DNA of 64,000 bases from a virus (Duplodnaviria > Caudoviricetes): IMG/VR virus record IMGVR_UViG_3300033120_000804, positions 27,651 to 91,650 of that record, one strand, 5' to 3'. The notes under the pieces are model-generated. The model was not told the origin of the DNA and made no database searches. It saw only the letters and a list, made by a program, of their open reading frames with translations. This document shows positions 63,829 through 64,000 of the stretch, piece by piece. Numbering within the stretch: the first letter of the stretch is position 1; every line of letters starts with the position of its first letter. The translations under genes and the position numbers were made by a program.

Positions 63829-64000
63829 ATGGAAACAAAAGAGGCTGTAAACTTTAAACCATTTGCTGAGAAGATTGTAATCAAACCAATCATGAAAATT
63901 AGGAATCCGCTTGTTAATGATATTAATCATGAAGCTGCTATCCTTTTTGGTAATGCAACTATTAAATTTAGATTACCATTAGATAGATATGGTAATTTAC
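63829..64000 (+). CDS. Start of the gene following the MCP (3'-truncated)
   Basis: METKEAVNFKPFAEKIVIKPIMK… is open to the window end. Confidence 0.6.
   Translation, partial: METKEAVNFKPFAEKIVIKPIMKIRNPLVNDINHEAAILFGNATIKFRLPLDRYGNL

Noticed and set aside
1-64000. Stop-codon reassignment (TAG/TGA), common in some crAss-like phages
   Set aside because: Core genes are full length in code 11, TAG and TGA terminate genes at sensible positions, and no suppressor tRNA was seen.

Overview
AT-rich ~64 kb segment of a crAss-like (Crassvirales-related) lytic phage genome, read in standard code 11. The host is most likely Bacteroidota (TAnnTTTG promoters, a captured T9SS-type gene) and probably aerobic (class I RNR). 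Layout: (+) the end of the virion RNA polymerase/cargo block (1-7350); (-) replication and nucleotide metabolism genes (NrdA with an intein, 5'-3' exonuclease, RusA-like resolvase, primase, SSB-like, AAA ATPase, intron-split DnaB-like helicase, ThyX, PolA, tRNA-CAT) followed by many small early genes (7414-50383); a strand switch at ~50.4-50.6 kb; and (+) late genes (patatin, IHF-like, GroES/GroEL, TerL, portal, scaffold-like protein, major capsid protein). Features read from the sequence that the ORF track does not show: (1) the virion RNAP appears split by a ferritin-like gene, and the pieces carry matching Cys-tail/Cys-head modules that recur at the next gene junction; (2) a diversity-generating retroelement with an exact adenine-only TR/VR pair, whose reverse transcriptase core has been replaced by an antisense HNH-like gene; (3) two group I introns whose splice sites can be placed to the base; (4) a MoxR-AAA/VWA/nucleotidyltransferase/Prim-Pol operon; (5) tandem genes sharing a C-terminal [ED]PxYE[IV]Y tag; (6) an array of 20-25 aa membrane micropeptides next to an array of stem-closed non-coding units. 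Family assignments come from motif recognition only; no database searches were run.
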